This document shows positions 62,388-64,000 of a DNA stretch of 64,000 bases, piece by piece. The notes beneath the pieces were generated by a model. The model saw only the letters and a program-made list of their open reading frames with translations. It was not told where the DNA came from and made no database searches. This DNA comes from Blasia pusilla (taxonomy: Eukaryota): assembly GCA_050084515.1 (NCBI GenBank), contig CM114271.1:28830001-28894000 (forward strand), given 5' to 3'. Numbering within the stretch: the stretch's first letter is position 1; each line of letters starts with the position of its first letter. A program made the position numbers and the translations under genes.

Positions 62388-63495
62388 ATGGGGAAGATGG
62401 GCACGCAAGTGCCGCTGCCCCAGAATCTGAGCGAGTTTCGGGATCCGAAGTACTGGGATGCATTCTTCAAGGCGCGAGGAGGCCGCCCATTCGAGTGGTA
62501 TGGGGAGTGGAAGGACATCGCTAATATTTTGATAGCGCAGTGTGCTCTGGTGAAGAATTCGGAGGAGAAGGTTCTGATTCCCGGATGTGGGAATTCAGCT
62601 CTCTCAGCCGACATGTACGATGCTGGCTTCACCCACATCACCAATATCGATTTCTCCCGGGTTGTTATAGCTGAAATGCTGCACCAGCATGTCCGATTGC
62701 GCCCGCAGATGCGTTGGCTTGTAATGGATATGACTAAAATGCAGGTATTATACTCAAAATTTTAGTATACTTTTTTGTTGTTCCAGCGTTTTTGCTTTCC
62801 TGTTTTTGCTCTACAGTTCTGCGTACACCTGAATCATGCAGCTTTAATTGCATCATCTTTTCGGGTGAATTCTTGGAAGAAAGCGGTCGCAAATCTTTTA
62901 CTGTCCATCACAACAGGAGCAGATACTGCTGGATATTGAACGCGAATATTTCGTCTCTTTCCTATTTAGCCTTTCACATTGAATCTCTGACTGGAGTGGC
63001 CAACGCTCACTGCGTTATGAAGATGAAGTGGGTCCCCGTTCTCTGCGATGTGAAACCTTGAAAATTTTCCCGTCTCGGGATTCTTAGGCGTACGATTGTA
63101 AGGCCATTATTCAGGACTATAGACTCAGTATCTTGCACCCCGTGCGGAGTAGGTTGGTGAACTCGAATTAGTGATTAAGATAATGGACACCCCAGCTTAA
63201 TATTTCACCACCATCTGTTCACAGATTATTCTAGACTGCGCATCTTCTCGGAATAGACTTTGTATCAGATAATTGAAGGGCAGAGAAAAAAGAAAGGATT
63301 GATCCAGTCGGAATGGTTTGGATGCAGTTCCACCACAATGATTCGCAATGGTCACTGAGAGCTCGTGCGTTGTCTTTCAAATGTGTGCAGTTTTCAGATG
63401 CCTCCTTTGATGTGGTTGTGGACAAGGGAGGATTGGACGCACTTCTCGGGGAACCAGACGAAGATGATTCAGCAGGCGTGTCACTTCTTTCCGAG
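62388..63495 (+). CDS. METTL13/eEF1A-lysine methyltransferase-like gene, first two exons (probably continues beyond the window)
   Basis: Exons 62388-62744 and 63391-63495: YWDAFF..FEWYG, VLIPGCGNS, ITNIDFS, MDM..MQ-F.D.SFDVVVDKGGLDAL. Confidence 0.85.
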
Positions 63496-63555
63496 GTCTG
63501 TGCTAACACTTACCATAAACTGTCGTTCATGGGTTGGTCAGTATCCTCGAAAGAC

Positions 63556-63766
63556 TGGTGATAGTAGAGTCCCTCGCTGCATTGGTGTGGAGGGGCTCCC
63601 GATGACTTGGACTGCCGACTGGATAATTCACCTGCTCGGCCGTTGGACTTGGAAGGTTCATGAGTGGTGATAGTAGAGTCCCTCGCTGCATTGGTGTGGA
63701 GGGGCTCCCGATGACTTGGACTGCCGACTGGATAATTCACCTGCTCGGCCGTTGGACTTGGAAGGT
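63556..63766 (+). repeat. 102-bp tandem duplication (period 109) in an intron
   Basis: 63556-63657 matches 63665-63766, with spacer tcatgag. Confidence 0.9.
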
Positions 63767-64000
63767 GTAAAGTTGGGGTCCAGTCCCTGTCCTTTGGTGA
63801 TGACAATTATAAGGCAGCATCGTTTGGACTTACGGGAGGGGTGGAAAGGTTTAGGGTGGGTCTGATGTCTCAATACGCAAGGGAATACTCGAACATCACA
63901 TGGTGAATAGCACTCGAAATAACACTAGTCAGAGCCTTCCTAGATGCTTAGGACACTATGAGTGTGGTTTTCCTTCAGAGGTGGAAGGACTTATCGTTTT

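Overview
Eukaryotic, land-plant-type nuclear DNA: spliceosomal introns and a PMEI-PME pectinesterase; a non-seed plant such as a bryophyte is plausible but not proven. About half of the window is nested, degenerate retroelements: a Ty1/copia element carrying a solo LTR, a CRE-type (RLE) non-LTR fragment, Helitron-like AT-rich elements, and several copies or fragments of an unusual Ty3/gypsy-like family. That family is the main discovery. Its Pol carries a DNMT3-like C5-cytosine methyltransferase between protease and RT, and a PHD finger after the integrase. It also lacks ordinary paired LTRs: copy 1 is A1-[gag-pol]-PPT-B1-(2 bp)-A2-B2, copy 2 is A-[gag-pol]-PPT-B, and a divergent minus-strand relative repeats the B1-(2 bp)-A2-B2 end. 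Copies 1 and 2 have 4-bp target duplications and termini of the TGTCG...CGACA type. This is the layout expected if a DDE integrase inserts 2-LTR or 1-LTR circles through an internal CA-nn-TG junction (inference). Host genes: a GCK-domain protein, an intron-containing stand-alone VLRF1 protein of Bacteroidetes-like type, a DCC-family thiol-disulfide oxidoreductase, a PMEI-pectin methylesterase and the 5' part of a METTL13-like methyltransferase. All calls were made by eye and no database searches were run.
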